From assembly GCA_951406725.2 (NCBI GenBank), contig OX597827.1:34472001-34536000 (forward strand): DNA of 64,000 bases, given 5' to 3'. The notes under the pieces are model-generated. The model did not search any database. It had not been told where the DNA came from and saw only the letters and a list, made by a program, of their open reading frames with translations. Position numbers and translations under genes: made by a program. Positions 37,431-51,629 of this stretch are shown one piece after another (the stretch's first letter is position 1; each line of letters starts with the position of its first letter). This DNA is from Octopus vulgaris (Eukaryota).

Positions 37431-37860
37431 AAGGGAAAATGTGAAAACGAAATTCTACGGACGGCTTCAGATAGACAGTATAGTATTCGCAAAGAGAAGT
37501 CGATAAAGTAATCAGATGATAGGTCTTTACTGGAGCAAATAAGGATCGTTTGGCTACCAGCTTTTCAAAAGTTCATCGAAAATTTCAAAAGTTAGCACAA
37601 TAATGTACCTTTCCAAGCTAAATTGCTGGGGTTATTCAACTTTTTTCAGGAAAATGCTTTCAAAAGTTATAGAGATTTAAAGTTTGGTCATTTTCACACA
37701 GTCAAGAAACACAATTTCAATGCTGTCATTTTGTGCGTTACCGCACATTTTGTCAATATCCAGAAAATAACAACTTGTGTTTTGATATGAAACTGTAGAA
37801 TTACGCACGACATATAACCCCTCTTACCTTTTTTCTTTTTTCGGAGTTTTCAGAAAATTT

Positions 37861-38147
37861 GGATCTATTCGGTTTGAACGGCAGATTTTTTTTAAAATTT
37901 CCATGTAACTAAAAATTTTTAAACTTCGTATACTGGTAGAATGTGTTTATAAAACATCTTTTTCTCTTGGCTTTCTTGAGAAAATTCTGTAGTTTGTAAG
38001 ATATTTGTGGGGTTTTTTTCTTCAATTTCTGCAATTTCAACCAATCAATGACGTCTATTGATGTCATTCTACCAGTATACGAAGTTTAAAATTTTTTAGT
38101 TACATGGAAATTATTTTTAAAATCTGCCGTTCAAACCGAAAAGATTC
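37861..38147. mobile_element. complete MITE with long TIRs and 8-bp TSD (Merlin-like)
   Basis: TIR ggatctattcggtttgaacggcagatttt / aaaatctgccgttcaaaccgaaaagattc; TSD gaaaattt at 37853-37860 and 38148-38155. Confidence 0.85.
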
Positions 38148-39848
38148 GAAAATTTTTGCGAAATTGTATTCTACATGCGGGTCTTCATACTATTACACTA
38201 AAAAAAAATTCGTGATTTAAGGCCTAAGCCTTTTTGGCTGCTATTTTTAGCACATATGACAACCATCTCAATGGCTGCGACAAAAATATTCGATCGATAA
38301 AAAATAGTCAAATTGATATAAGTTTATCCTTATCCTAGGTTTAGATGGTTCTGCCACACTAGGCCACAGCGCATCTAAAATTGTGTATAAGTAGAATAAG
38401 TTGTACATATGCATCCCTGGATATAGGTAAATGCAGAATTGATTTCTAAATATTCTTTGACACCCACAAAATGTTCACATCACCCACCATTTTCTAGAAA
38501 TTCGCCCATCGCCACCTCTAAGTTGAAATTGCCCACCGGTGGGCGATATCGCCCACTTTTTGAGGCTATGATATAGATATAGTTTAGCAGCGGTCTGCCC
38601 TTGGACAGGTTCTGGGCATGTGGACTTTTTCCAGCATTCTTTATACAACCTGGGAGGACCCATACACTCCCCTTCTGCTGTTAAGCAGATTGCTGGGACT
38701 TCGGCTACCTTGACTAGGCTTGGGATGAATTCTAGAGTGGTTTCTTGTTGCCTTCACCAGATGGGATTTGAACTCAGAATGCAGAGAGTCGGAAGATATG
38801 CCGTAAAGCATCCTGCCAACATACCAACGATTCTGGCACGCTCCCACCAATGGAGCAACATGAAATGAAGCGTTTTGTTCAACAACATGCCGCCTGATCC
38901 CAGAATCAAACCCATGATCTAGTGATCATGAATGAGTACAACACTCTACTAGACTGCAGCCACGCTGGGGCACCGTCCTGAACAGCTCAGTTGAACGAAG
39001 TGACCCCAGTACTTTTTTTAAAGTTTGATACTTATTCTATTGGTCTCTTTTGTTGAGCTGCTATATGAAGGGGACGTAAACAAACGTTCCCCTTCATATC
39101 GAGCGATTTTGGATGAACACGCACGCATATGCACACACACACACACACACAGGCACACATATGCGAACTGTTCTATAAGTAAACAAATTGAATAAAAAGA
39201 TGGTTTTCTGAAGAAATTTGGACAACAAACCATGAGTTGACTACACTTGCTTATAAGTAACTGGGGGTCTTTCACTTAGCGACCAGCAATTAGAATAATG
39301 AACCACGCCACGGTCAAGGGATAAGCTGTTCTTGGACCCTGTACTCCCAATTTCCTTTAAAAAATAGGGATAATAGCGGCCCGTCGGAGAAATGGGCCCC
39401 ACAAGGTGGAGTGGCTGCTGCAGCAAGTACCACTGGACATTTTCCGCAGCAACACCCCCAGAGTCATTACTGTGGGGTGCGGCTGAGCACACCATTTGTT
39501 TAGAGATGTGTGGCCCATTGCTCCCACCCTCCATCTTCTGCTGCTTTACCTTCCTTTTTTTCTTTCTTTTCCTTTCTTATCTGTTTTTTTTTTTTTTTTT
39601 ACTTTTTCTTTGTATTCAAATTTGATGAAATAAACTATAAGTAAACTACGCACACATATGAATGCCTGGGAAAGCGTGTTTATGAACAGTTCATTGACAT
39701 TCACGAAGACATTTCATGTGGTTTACAAACTTTATTGTTTTATATTAAAAAAATAATATTTCTCCTATCTTTTGCTAAAGATATGACCATAGATCAACAC
39801 AAGCGAGACTGAATGAAAAAACACACACATACATATATGTATATATAT

Positions 39849-41706
39849 GGGTAAATTTTGATCCTTTCACCCACACAGTTTTCACTAAGAAAAATAAAAC
39901 TCGGATATTTTGCGTGGAATCAAGTACCCTGACCTCCTAATATGCTGCAAATCCCTTATTTTTGTACCGAAAAAAGGGGGTTGGGAGATCCCCCCCACAC
40001 ACACACACACACATCCCGGAATCATTGGAATTTTTTTTTTTTTGAATGAATGAATTCCGGTAACCTAATATGCTACAAAATCATTTTGGGGGTTCGGTGG
40101 GGTGGAACCCTCGGAAATTTCACCTCCACCCCCATTTTCAAATATTTTTTTGCTATTTCTTTCTTTACCCATAATTTTAGATAACATTTTCGAGAGAGTG
40201 TGGATTACACTAGATTGAAAATTCAAAGAAGTTTGAAATGAATAAGTGAAAATGCAGAGGTTGTAGAAGTTAGTGGTAACGAAGTCAGTGGAGAGATAAC
40301 AAACGATAAATTCATTTAAGAAGAAAAAAACTTTAGAGTTTTGGCATGTATGTGTGAAATGAAGTAAAAGTATATTAAAACAAAATATCTTTTTCCTACC
40401 TCTTAAAATCTGGATATAATATATATAATAATCCCAGATTGCAGAATAGATTTGAAAAACTAAAGCATTTTCCCTTTGAAATTATTGGCGCCGAAATGAG
40501 TTTCATTTTTGTGGGGTGGGGGAGAGAAAGAGTGGGTGACGAAGTTTACATAAACTTTGACTGGTGTGACAATATATCATAATTATATATATCATTATAT
40601 AACATCATCAACTTTTAACGTGCCATCGGCACTGACACCGACCGCACCAGTTCCGGCGGCACCTAAAAAGCACCATTCCAGTATGATCGATGTCAGTGCC
40701 ATCTGACTGGCCCTCGTGCCTGTAGCACTTGAAAAGCACCCACTACACTCTCTGGGTGGTTGGCATTAGGAAGGGCATCCAGCTGTAGAAACCTTGCCAG
40801 AACAGACTGGAGCCTGATTGCCGCCTCCTGGCTTGCCAGTCTTCAGTCAAGCCGTCCGACCCATGCCAGCATGGAAAGCAGACGTTAAAAGTTAATGATG
40901 GTATATAATGATATATATAATTATGATATATTATTACACCATTCAAAGTTTAGGTAAACTTCGTCACCCACTCTCTCCCCCTCTCTCTCCCACCACACAC
41001 AAAAATGAAACTCATTTCCGCGCCAAAAATTTCAAAGGGAAAATGCTTTAGTTTTTCAAATCTATTCTGCAATCTGGGATTATTATATATATTATATCCA
41101 GTGATTTTAAGAGGTATGAAAAAGATATTTTTATTTTAATTTTATACTTTTACTTGTTTCATACACATACACAAACTAACGTGTTTTTTTTATTTTAGAT
41201 TAATTATTTATCATTCTTTATCTCTCCACTGACTTCAGTACCACTCTAACTTATATAACCTTTGCATCTTCACTTATTCATTTCAAACTTCTTTGAATTT
41301 TCAATCTAATGTAATCCACACTCTCTTGGAAACATATTTCTGCAAAATGTTAACTAAAATTATGGGTAAAGAAAGAAATAGCAAAAATTATTTGAAAATA
41401 GGGATGGTGGTGAAATTTCCGAGGGTTCCACTCCACCGAACCCCGCTTTCCGAACCCCAAAAATGGTTTTGTAGCATATTAGGAGATCACCGGAATTCAT
41501 TCATTCATTCAAAAAAAAAAAAATTCCAATGATTCCAGTATGGGGGAGGGGCGGCCCCCCCCCCCCCTTTTCCGTACAAAAATAAGGGATTTGCAGCATA
41601 TTAGGAGGTCGGGGTACTTGATTCCACGCAAAAAATCTCTTTTTTTTTTTCTTTTCCTTTCTTTTCTTACTGAAAATGGTATGGGTGAAAGGGTCAAATA
41701 ATACCC
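39849..41706. mobile_element. 1.86-kb foldback with arms of about 770-825 bp around an RTE 3'-tail core
   Basis: 39849-40621 is the inverted copy of 40882-41706 (GGG...CCC ends); the spacer 40622-40881 is RTE 3' UTR. Confidence 0.85.
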
Positions 41707-42621
41707 AAATGGTTTTCTTTCGTGGTTGACCGGTGAACTAGCAGGCAGGGAAGGGGAGATAACTCTGAAATATCATCGCACATAACCATATCACTATAGC
41801 ATTTGCCAGAGGTTGTTAGATAAACCGACGAAGAAGCCTCAATGTGATCAGTCGATCTGCTAGAAATAGCAACCAAATCTTTCTAAACCCACACACTTAC
41901 CTACTTGGAAGACATGTCGGAGAACACGGTCATGGGTTTCCTTCACAAAAGTAAAAAGTGGAATAATCAAAGGCTTGCTTGATCTGGGTGAAGTTGATGT
42001 TAAACGAGCAACAACAACCATAACAGCAACAACACCCACAATAGCAACAATAACAATGATGGAGTGATCATAAATGGATCAACTTGATAGGAGTTAACTT
42101 ATAATTAACATCAACAAAACCTTGCAAATAAACCAACAGGAGAACCCCAATCTGCTAGAAATAGCAACCAAATTTCCTTCTGTCATTATGTGCATGAGTG
42201 TGTGTGTGTGAGAGAGAGAGAGAAGTAGTTTATGTTGAGAGGGTAGCCTAAATTCCTATTGATAGACGAAGCTGTATCATGTCTCCATAAAGTTTACTAT
42301 TGTGCCAACCATTTCTGGTGACCAAAATAGAATCATCACAACAGTTTTACTTAGCTAAAGGAAATGAAAAGCATTTTTTGTTTTTACAAATAGCTGAATT
42401 ATTCAAATAGTATCAAAAAAATAAATAAAAGTGGTTAGATATTCACCACAAACTTCTCCATTGCTTAAAAGTTTTAGTAATTCAAAAACTTTCCATTGTA
42501 TAGTCATCCAAATTTCACAGATAGAGAGAGGAAAACTATTTGGGATATTTTGGTGTTTTATTAAAATCGATAATTTCAATAAAATTATCATGAAAGAACA
42601 CCTCAGTAATAACATAAAAAA

Positions 42622-42913
42622 GGTACTACTAGCGAACAGTGGTCCCGGTGTGCGCCCACGCGCAGTCGCGCATCCGCGCTAGCTAGTCGTAAGTAGTCGA
42701 TCCTACAACGACTACCTAGCAAAGTAAATAAAACACAAAATAAATAATTGTTTTACACAAAGTAAATAATTTTTGTTAAATAAAGTAAATAATTTTTTAA
42801 ACAAAGTAAATAATACAAAAACACAAAGTAAGGATCGACTAGTCATGACTAGTTAGTGCGGATGCGCGACTACGCGACAGCGCGCACCGGGACCACTGTT
42901 CGCTAGTAGTACC
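42622..42913. mobile_element. complete MITE with about 80-bp TIRs and 9-bp TSD (Merlin/MULE-like)
   Basis: ggtactactagcgaacagtggtcccggtg / caccgggaccactgttcgctagtagtacc; TSD cataaaaaa on both sides; internal aaagtaaata repeats. Confidence 0.92.
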
Positions 42914-43347
42914 CATAAAAAATAGAACCCTAGAAGAATAAATGAATTATCTCTTTTAGTTTAGAATGATGAACATATTAAGCTGATGGCTTCCACTTTT
43001 TGTCAAAAATTGCCACATAGCATTAATTGACACCAAATATTTTGGTTTCATGTTTAATTCTACTCCAGATTCAGAACTTTGAGAGCTAATGATAGAAACA
43101 GTTAACAGTTTGATATATTGATTTTAAAGAGAAAACAATACATATTTATGTATGTATGTACGTACATATGTATGCATGTATGCATATCATATTTAAAGCA
43201 GATATACTGTTGAAGGCCTGAAAGCTGCAGTATCTGTCTCAAGAAAGCTTCTTTTACAGACATTTACTGCAATTTTCAAATTCTCAACAGTGCGCTTGCT
43301 TTAAATATGATATAAAAATTGCTGTACTGTTTCCCTCACTAATAGTG

Positions 43348-43382
<35 letters not shown>

Positions 43383-44619
43383 ATATGTGTGTGTGTTCTT
43401 AGATTTACTAAGTTAAAATGAAAGGATACTGCAAATATTGTGGAAGTAATTTGGAAAAAATCTGTAAATGACTAAATGTTGTTAAAAATCTACCAGTTTA
43501 TAGCACTACTGCAGTTATGATTGGTTTATACAAGTGATATTCAACAGAAAATGAATATGAAAGATGCACAGCTATTTTTGTAAAATACTATAGCACTTCC
43601 CTCAATATGGTTGGAATGTGTGCTGTCGTCAATCATGAAGTTTTGAAGGTAACTTTTCTTTGACAATTCAGTCAATTTTCTCGCTCTTTTCTGGTTCAAT
43701 TCACTGTGGGCAGAATCAGAAAATGTCGTTTTAAATTCAAACTGCTGATACAAGAGGTGATGAAAGGCAGGTGCTACTTAAAATTTTAACTTCTAAATAT
43801 TTTGGTTTTGCTTGGGTTTTGGAACAAAATTCATATTCAAATTGACCAGGTTCAGAAACATGAGCATTCATAATATTGAATGCAATTTAAAAACGTTTGA
43901 ATATTATTCTTTTAGCAGTCAAGAATCATTGGCCAGCATATCACTTGAAGCTGGGTTGAAAGTATATAATAAATAGTATATTCAAGTAGAAAGATGCTCC
44001 CAGAAAGAAACAAATGCTGAGTGAAAAAAGGAAAAAAACTCCAAGGATTATGGTTGGCTGCAATAGAAGAAATGAGAATAATGAAATGAAATTGACTTGA
44101 ATTCAAAAATTGGATTTCTTTAAAATGCTAGAAGGGTATTGTTTGACTCAAATGAAAGCAACAGCATTGACAATACAAATATCTCAGAAAAAAGTTACAT
44201 GAATCTCAGAAAGTTTTATCTTTAATGTAGATGGATTTATGCTCTATAAAGAAATCGTTGATAGTTCTAAAGAAAAGTCATTGAGATTTCATGTTTCTAA
44301 AACTAAGGAACTTTTCATGTTTGTTGTTTAATATTAGATGAAAATACTTTCCAAAATTATAAAGTTACTACTCATATAGCACAATTTCATTTGACAGCCA
44401 TTAGAGATCTTTGAAAAACCTGAAATAGATCTTATGGTATTTTCATGCCAGTCTTAAGGCTGATGGCAACCTGGGTAAGATGAATTTTGGTCTCATAACA
44501 TGTATAACTTAAGAAATTTTTGACCACAGGTAAAAATTGTGAATATAAATAAAGTTTTTATCATGCATGCAGGTACTTTCCAATTGTATGAAAAGGCTTT
44601 GAGTCCGGGTCAATCACAT

Positions 44620-45600
44620 ACTACTGAGGGCAACATTTCTGCTGTAGTGTGTGCTGGCCTCAAGCAACACAGTGCTTGAACTCACACCGATGTTCTGGCT
44701 GCTCTCCATTTCAAGGATCCGGACCCTCTTGTAGATATTAATGATTTCTAAGTCCTTGACAATGACACAGTTTTGGCCACATCCAGTGATAATCTAGCTA
44801 CTGTATTGAGATCCTTCTCTGAGAGCAGTAGTGGTGGAGTAGATAGTTTGTGACCTATCCTCCTCAGAGGCGTAATCTCACCACACACTGCTGAGGCAGG
44901 AACGTGCTTGCACTAATCTATCACTACTCTAACAGACAGTCTTCTTTGAGCAGACCACCCCCACCATGCCCAAGATCTTCTCTTCTCAGCCAACCTGACT
45001 GCACTCAAGAAGGACAAAGGCATTCATCTGATAGTCGTGGACAATGTCTTTTGATGACTTGTGGCTAGGATAGCATATAGATCAGTCAGGGATGACTTGA
45101 GTGAGATACTATGCCCTGTCCAGCTGGGGGTGGGAGTTATGTGGATGTGAGACTGCTGCCCATGTGGCCAGAGATTACATAAGCAGATACTTCCCTCCTG
45201 CTGAAGCTGAATATAAAAAATGCCTTCAGCAGCATTAGTGAGATCATATTATGGAGATGTGTATAAGACATGCTCCCCCAGTACACTCACTTGCATACCT
45301 CTCCTATGGATCACCCAGTACACTCATGGCTGCTGACAACAGAAGTGCTTCTTCCACAGGTGTCCAGCAGGTTAACCTTCTTCATTCATTCCTTTTTGCA
45401 TTGGCTGTTGATGATGTTACCCAATCAGTCCACTCACCCTTCAGTGTCTGAAACCTGGATAATGCAACACTGAGTGACTCATCTAATTCTGTAGTTGGGG
45501 ACCTTCAGCAGGTTATCCCAGCCCTAAAGCTTTTTGAGCTTGAGATCAACCAATCCAATTTGAAAGTGATAAACATGAGCTGTGGTGAAGTTGAATTTCA
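44620..45600 (+). mobile_element. CRE-clade reverse transcriptase fragment, degenerate
   Basis: SSGGVD.L, LFSANLTALKK, VDNVF..LVAR, QLGVGV.GCETAAH, LLKLNIKNAF, SSTGVQQ, FALAVDD, LDNATL (from YLDD). Confidence 0.8.
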
Positions 45601-45907
45601 AATAAGTAAAGGACATATCAGATAACGTAGACCTACATAGCCTTGAAAGGACAGCATAGGTATGACTGGGAGTTTCACAACAATCTGATTTTTAGAATAA
45701 TCAATAAATGAACACAATTGATCAGAGATCCTATCCTTTATTAACTCAAACACAACTGCCAACCACCACGAAATAACCTGCAAGAAATAGCAGCCAAATC
45801 TCACACAAGTCGCATACTACCATCTTTCATGTATTTTGTGTTTTTTTAATAAAGGACACAATCGATATTGTAGTCCTATATATATTAGAATACTATATAT
45901 ATATATA

Positions 45908-45992
45908 CTTTATTAATAAAGCTGCAGACATCACAAAAACTGTTACTCTGAGTAACAGTTTTTGTGATGTCTTTGCAGCCTTATTAATAAAG
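45908..45992. repeat. near-perfect 85-bp palindrome next to (TA)n
   Basis: ctttattaataaagctgcagacatcacaaaaactgttactc-t-gagtaacagtttttgtgatgtctttgcagccttattaataaag. Confidence 0.85.
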
Positions 45993-46087
45993 CATATTAC
46001 TCTACCTCTGGTATTCAAGTACTATTTTTTCCACCTTGTTTCACATTTATGTGCTTACTCTGGTATATGTATGTATATAAATATGTG

Positions 46088-46119
<32 letters not shown>

Positions 46120-46469
46120 AAACAAAAGATAGGATAGTCGAGATTAAAACTGCACGTTCAAATGACCTGGGACTAAATAAATGTTTCTAACATGAACACA
46201 AGGCCAGAAATTAGGCGGGAGAGAGTGAGTGGATAAAATCAACCCAATACTTGATTGGCAATTTACTTTATCGACTCCCAAGAGGATTTAAGGCAATGTT
46301 GACCTCCAGAGATTTGAACTCAGAATGTAAAGAGTCGGAAGAAATACCACAAGACATTTTGTCTGACTAACGATTTTGCCAATCCACTGCCTTTTTAGAA
46401 CTACGACAATAATATATAGAATGTTATTCATTGAAACAGTGGCACCACCACAACACCGACTAATGACAT

Positions 46470-46491
46470 GTCTATCACCACCACCACCCCT

Positions 46492-46534
<43 letters not shown>

Positions 46535-46800
46535 CTATACAACTACAGCAATAACAGCAAAAATGTCATTCATCGAAACGACAAGAGCCACCGCATTTAT
46601 CAACACCGAACTAATACCACAACTGCCATCGCTAACACCATCACCACCATCATCCATCATCCTTATTACACGACCACAATGATAACAAAAATGTCATCGT
46701 TCAATGAAACGGCAACATGGCACCGCCACCCCTTCTTAACACCACAACCATCATTGCCATCGCTATTTGCACCACCACCACCACCAATGCTACCATCTTA
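46470..46800. repeat. (CAT)n/(CCA)n trinucleotide low-complexity tract
   Basis: Directly visible. Confidence 0.85.
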
Positions 46801-46999
46801 TAATCCACCCCGTCGGGTAGTGAAGAGATGACCGACAACGTCGATTGCCAAATGTTTAAAAAGTACGAATGGGATGGATTACGTCCCCCTTTTTTCCTTA
46901 GTTGCTCTACTCTCTCCTTCTATCAAGTGTTCCTTCAACTACCATATACCTGTGTATGTGTGTATGTCTGTGATTATGCATGTATGTATGTGTGCATGT

Positions 47000-47520
47000 G
47001 TCAGTGCGCGCTCGCGTATATGCGTGTGCGCGCGCTCCTTTGCCAATGGAATATATAGTTGCCTTGTTCGCCTAGCTCCCTGGACGTATTGTAGCAGATC
47101 CGAAGGGCGGATACCATAACTGTCTTTATCTCAGCTTCCAGTTTCCTCTTGTTCTTCTTATTATTCTTCCTGTTTCCTTTTATTTTTCCTATTTCTTTTC
47201 TTTCTTTTTTATACATCTTCCTTTAATTTAACTGAACCACCCGTTGTTAAAAGATACCCCCGAATACTATCACACACACACAGCCAACCACCCCAGCTTC
47301 CTCGAGCACCAACGTCCCCACCATCAGCAATTTCGTTGCTCCTTCCGCTGCCGTCGCCGCCTCCAAACAAACTCCTAACGAAAACGATTACAACAACAAC
47401 CACGATCCCAAGTACCACCACCACAACAACAACAATAAGGAGATGCTGAATATGGAAGAATCATTTTTATTGTTGATAGCAAAGAATTACAACGGCATTT
47501 GATATGGAGCAAGGTTGGAT
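47000..47520 (+). promoter_or_regulatory. possible promoter and non-coding first exon of the second ZNF gene
   Basis: CpG-rich gcgcgc stretch, CCAAT near 47043, tatatag, and caag|gttgga donor-like site near 47514. Confidence 0.25.
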
Positions 47521-47525
47521 TTTTA

Positions 47526-47597
<72 letters not shown>

Positions 47598-47646
47598 ATC
47601 CCTACATTTTACATATACTGGATAATGTTCATAAGCACATACACAA

Positions 47647-47679
<33 letters not shown>

Positions 47680-48354
47680 GTATCCAAGTACATATCGCAC
47701 CAATATATTTTTAACCGTGTTTAGAGACAGATACCTGCATTGTGTATGCATAAACGGGTTTCTCTTGACATCCCGATTCAGTCATTCTTCTCCATACAAT
47801 GTATGTGCGTGTATGTATATGTATGTGTGTGTTTGTGATGCCTAGCAGTGTTCCTGGCTTGTATATAGACCTATACGCAAGAATCGCACACACTCACACA
47901 CGCACAAACACAGGTGCGTATTTCAATGCAGATGGATCTCGATCTGTCACGATCTTCTCCTACCTCTCTCGCTCCTTTCTCTCTCTATATATATATATTC
48001 CCCTCTCTATTTAATCACATACACACATTAACACGTTTATGTACATGCAGATTTTGTTATTTTTGTTTACTTCAGTCCGACGTAATGCAAGGAATCGTTG
48101 TTATAGTTGGTTTTTAGCCCCAAGACATCTCGTAACGAACAGACCTATCAGTATTATGTGACTTGCACATCTTACAGTTAGGAATTAAATAAATGTCTTT
48201 TATTTTCTTTCAGGCGTCCTTTATCTAAGACTATACCATCCAATGTAATAATATTCGCTACTCTTTTTCAAGTCAGTAACGTGTGGTTTAAATTGAACTT
48301 CATGATTTCAAATGGTTCGTGTAACCACGTAGGGGTTCCTTCGTTATACGTTTC

Positions 48355-48385
<31 letters not shown>

Positions 48386-49076
48386 GTATGTATGTATGTA
48401 TGTATGCATGCATGTATGCATGTATGTACGTACCTATAAAAGCTTAGCTGAATGAATGAGTAAAAGCTATTTAAAAAGTACGTACATAAGAGTACGACTC
48501 ATATAGTAAAATGAACACTTCTGTGCTTCAGGGTGAGTACAGGGTATGTGACCTATGTCTTTGTATTTTGTCATTCATCCCATAGATGATAGGTTATATA
48601 AATATATTCACATACACACACATACGCAGACGTGTATAACACGCATGTGTGTGTGTGTGTGGATTCGAGTGTCATACAAGACGAACGGGTGGATGTATTG
48701 TAACTAAACCAGAATGTAACACCGAGAAGGTGGCTGTTACGAACAAATGCGGGTAGGTTGATGAATGTTGGTGTCGCAATCATACGCACTAACCTAATCA
48801 CAAATTTACCCATACACATCCATGTGTGTAGGTGGGTGTGTACATATATATTTATATACATACATACATACTTATATACCCGTATGCACAAATATTTATA
48901 TGTATGTATATAATTAAGACTGAAGTGGGGTGTGTATTTATATACATATATAAATAAATACATATGTATGTATAAAACTTTCGATCTGCCTTTTATAAAT
49001 TTATGTCGTTTAGCATTGTATATCCTGGTGCTTTCATTCATGCATACATACATGTGTGTAAATATGTGCGTATGTA

Positions 49077-49136
<60 letters not shown>

Positions 49137-51129
49137 CGCGCATATGTACTATACATACAAATTATACATATTTACTAAATGAAAACGCAATAAATCCACG
49201 GTAAAGAATAATCACAATAACTGTTCGCATGCATGTATATTCCTTCACATGTCTTGTACGTGTGTATGCGTATGTTGTGTGTGTATTTGTGCATACAACA
49301 TAACACACATGGTTGTGTATGAATTGGACGCTGATAGAATGTGGTACAGCAGTAGCAATAATATCGTCCCTATTTTACTACTCAGAGTCCCAACGAACTG
49401 CAGCTAATTATATACGTTGTTTTAATAATGGAAAGTTGGATGACTGAAGAATTTATCAAGCCATCACTTTTCCCCGCTTTCTACGCGCGCGTGTGTGTGT
49501 GTGTGCGTGCGCGTATGTGTGTGTGTATCTACCTACATGTCTGTCTGTATATCTATCTAAATAATGTATGATAGATGAAAAGGGTGGGCGGACAAACGAA
49601 TGGAAGTGTGAATGCATAGTTGGATTGCTAAGAAGAATGAGGTGGATAGATCGCTAGGTCGATGGACTGGCAGAGATATGTAGTTTTTCCTTTCCATTAA
49701 GGCGGGTGGATTGATGAAATCGTGAAACCATTGGACAAAAAAATCCTTGTAGCATTTATTTGCGGTCTTTTTCTGCCATTTTATCCCGCCGAGGTCAACT
49801 TTACCTTTCATCCTGCGGGGTCGATAAAAATAAAGTATCAGTACCATCGTTAAATTTATAATATTCTTATAAAGCATCCTAGTTTAAGAAATCATTTGTC
49901 ATTTGAGCATGGTACTTTGTTATTGCATTGTAACCTATGCAGGTATTTAGGCCACATATTCTGGAACAGATTTGTATTTTAAGTTACCAGTACTTAACTT
50001 CGGAAAGATAAAAATATAATCAACCCTAGTGAAATTTGAGCTCACAACATAGAGATGTAACTAAATGTTTCACATAGACGAACTCAAACTGGAAGAGGAG
50101 AAGGGTATAATAAATTATATCGGCTTCATTATTTGAATGGTACCTTGTTTTATCGACTCTGGGAGAATGTAATACAAAGTTGACCTCGAAAGGATTTGAA
50201 CAGAGAACGTAAATGGTTGTATTTAAATACCACAAATTATTTTGTCCGATTCTACCAATCCTTTGCTATCATATAATAGTTAAGATGATTGCAAGAGAAC
50301 CACGTGAACCAAAAACATCTCGATGTTCATGGGTTTATAGACAAGGAAATCCAGGCCTCCTCGAACTATAGACTCGATTTGTAGTGTCGTCTACTATAAA
50401 TAAATCTGACCAAATCTTTTCCCGATTTGTTCTTGGTTATCCGTCGTTGTTGTCTTCGGCTTCAAGTTTGCTTTGTCGAAGTTTCATGTGACTAAGAAGT
50501 CCAATTTTTGCATGAAACACGACCACACAAGTTGTACTTGGTTATCTATAAAAAAAACCAAGTTGACATTTTTTTTATGAAGTCACACTGGCACCTAATT
50601 AAACTGGAAATGATGGTGATTTTGAAAGTTTGGTGAAGAGACTAAGAGGACATTGAGTGGTCGATCATTTTAGGATTTTGGAAGAGGGGAAAGGTTAAGA
50701 TGAGCCTCTACTCCACAAGGAAATTGCTACAAAATTTTCCTTGACTCTTACGCTAGCGTCTTAAAGATGATATCTTATACTGTATAATGATGTAGTATTA
50801 GATATATGTTGCCTGAAAACGAATGGAACGCTTTTGATGATATATTAGCTCAATCCGGGTCAAATAAATAGTAATAGATTTCTTACAAAATTTGTGGTGG
50901 GGAGGAGTAAATTGATACAGCTTTGGTATATATTTTAATGAATGACAGATAGACACAATGTCACTCGGCTAAAAAGACAGGCGCTCAACCCAATTTGCTA
51001 CGACTACAAGATTGAGCGTCGAACCATCTGGATAACTTTTCTGTATGGTGGCTCAACCTGCTACAAATAGCAGTCAAATTTCCATCAAATTACATCCTAC
51101 TGTCTTTATTTATTTATTTATCTTTCTCT

Positions 51130-51182
<53 letters not shown>

Positions 51183-51536
51183 CAGACAGATAGATAGATG
51201 AAACGAACGGTACCTTGGATAATGTAGTTAGAACAACACTGGGACACTGGGAATAAAAGACGGAATGATCACAGCTGGAAAGCTTTTGATCTTAGGCCTT
51301 CTCAATTAGTTCTTAACTGAGACTAATTAGCAACAGTTACAAGCATTAGAAAGAGTTATTAACTATACTACCCTTGACCCGTTAGGTCACCGGGGAACTC
51401 TGAGTTTCCCAGTATCGGAGTTTTGCTTAATGTTTTTTTCTTTTCTTTTCCTGGTTATTTCGCATGCCTTCAACGAATATGACATCGAAATCATGTGTAA
51501 ACGGCTCCTTTCCTCAGAAAAGGAAAGATTTGCCTA

Positions 51537-51629
51537 CTATTTCTTGCACGACCTGCTACCACGTAACAGCTATTTCGGGTCCTTTATCGCAAATAGCTGT
51601 TACGTGGTAGCAGGGCGTGCTAGAAATAG
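51537..51629. repeat. 93-bp hairpin, core of a dispersed GCTAGAAATAGC palindromic MITE family
   Basis: ctatttcttgcacgacctgctaccacgtaacagctattt / aaatagctgttacgtggtagcagggcgtgctagaaatag. Confidence 0.8.

Noticed and set aside
39230-39625. GC-richer island with short ORFs on both strands
   Set aside because: No recognisable motif in the frames I translated; probably an old TE remnant.
43400-44500. AT-rich stretch possibly from a decayed transposase or exon
   Set aside because: No interpretable reading frame or diagnostic motif.
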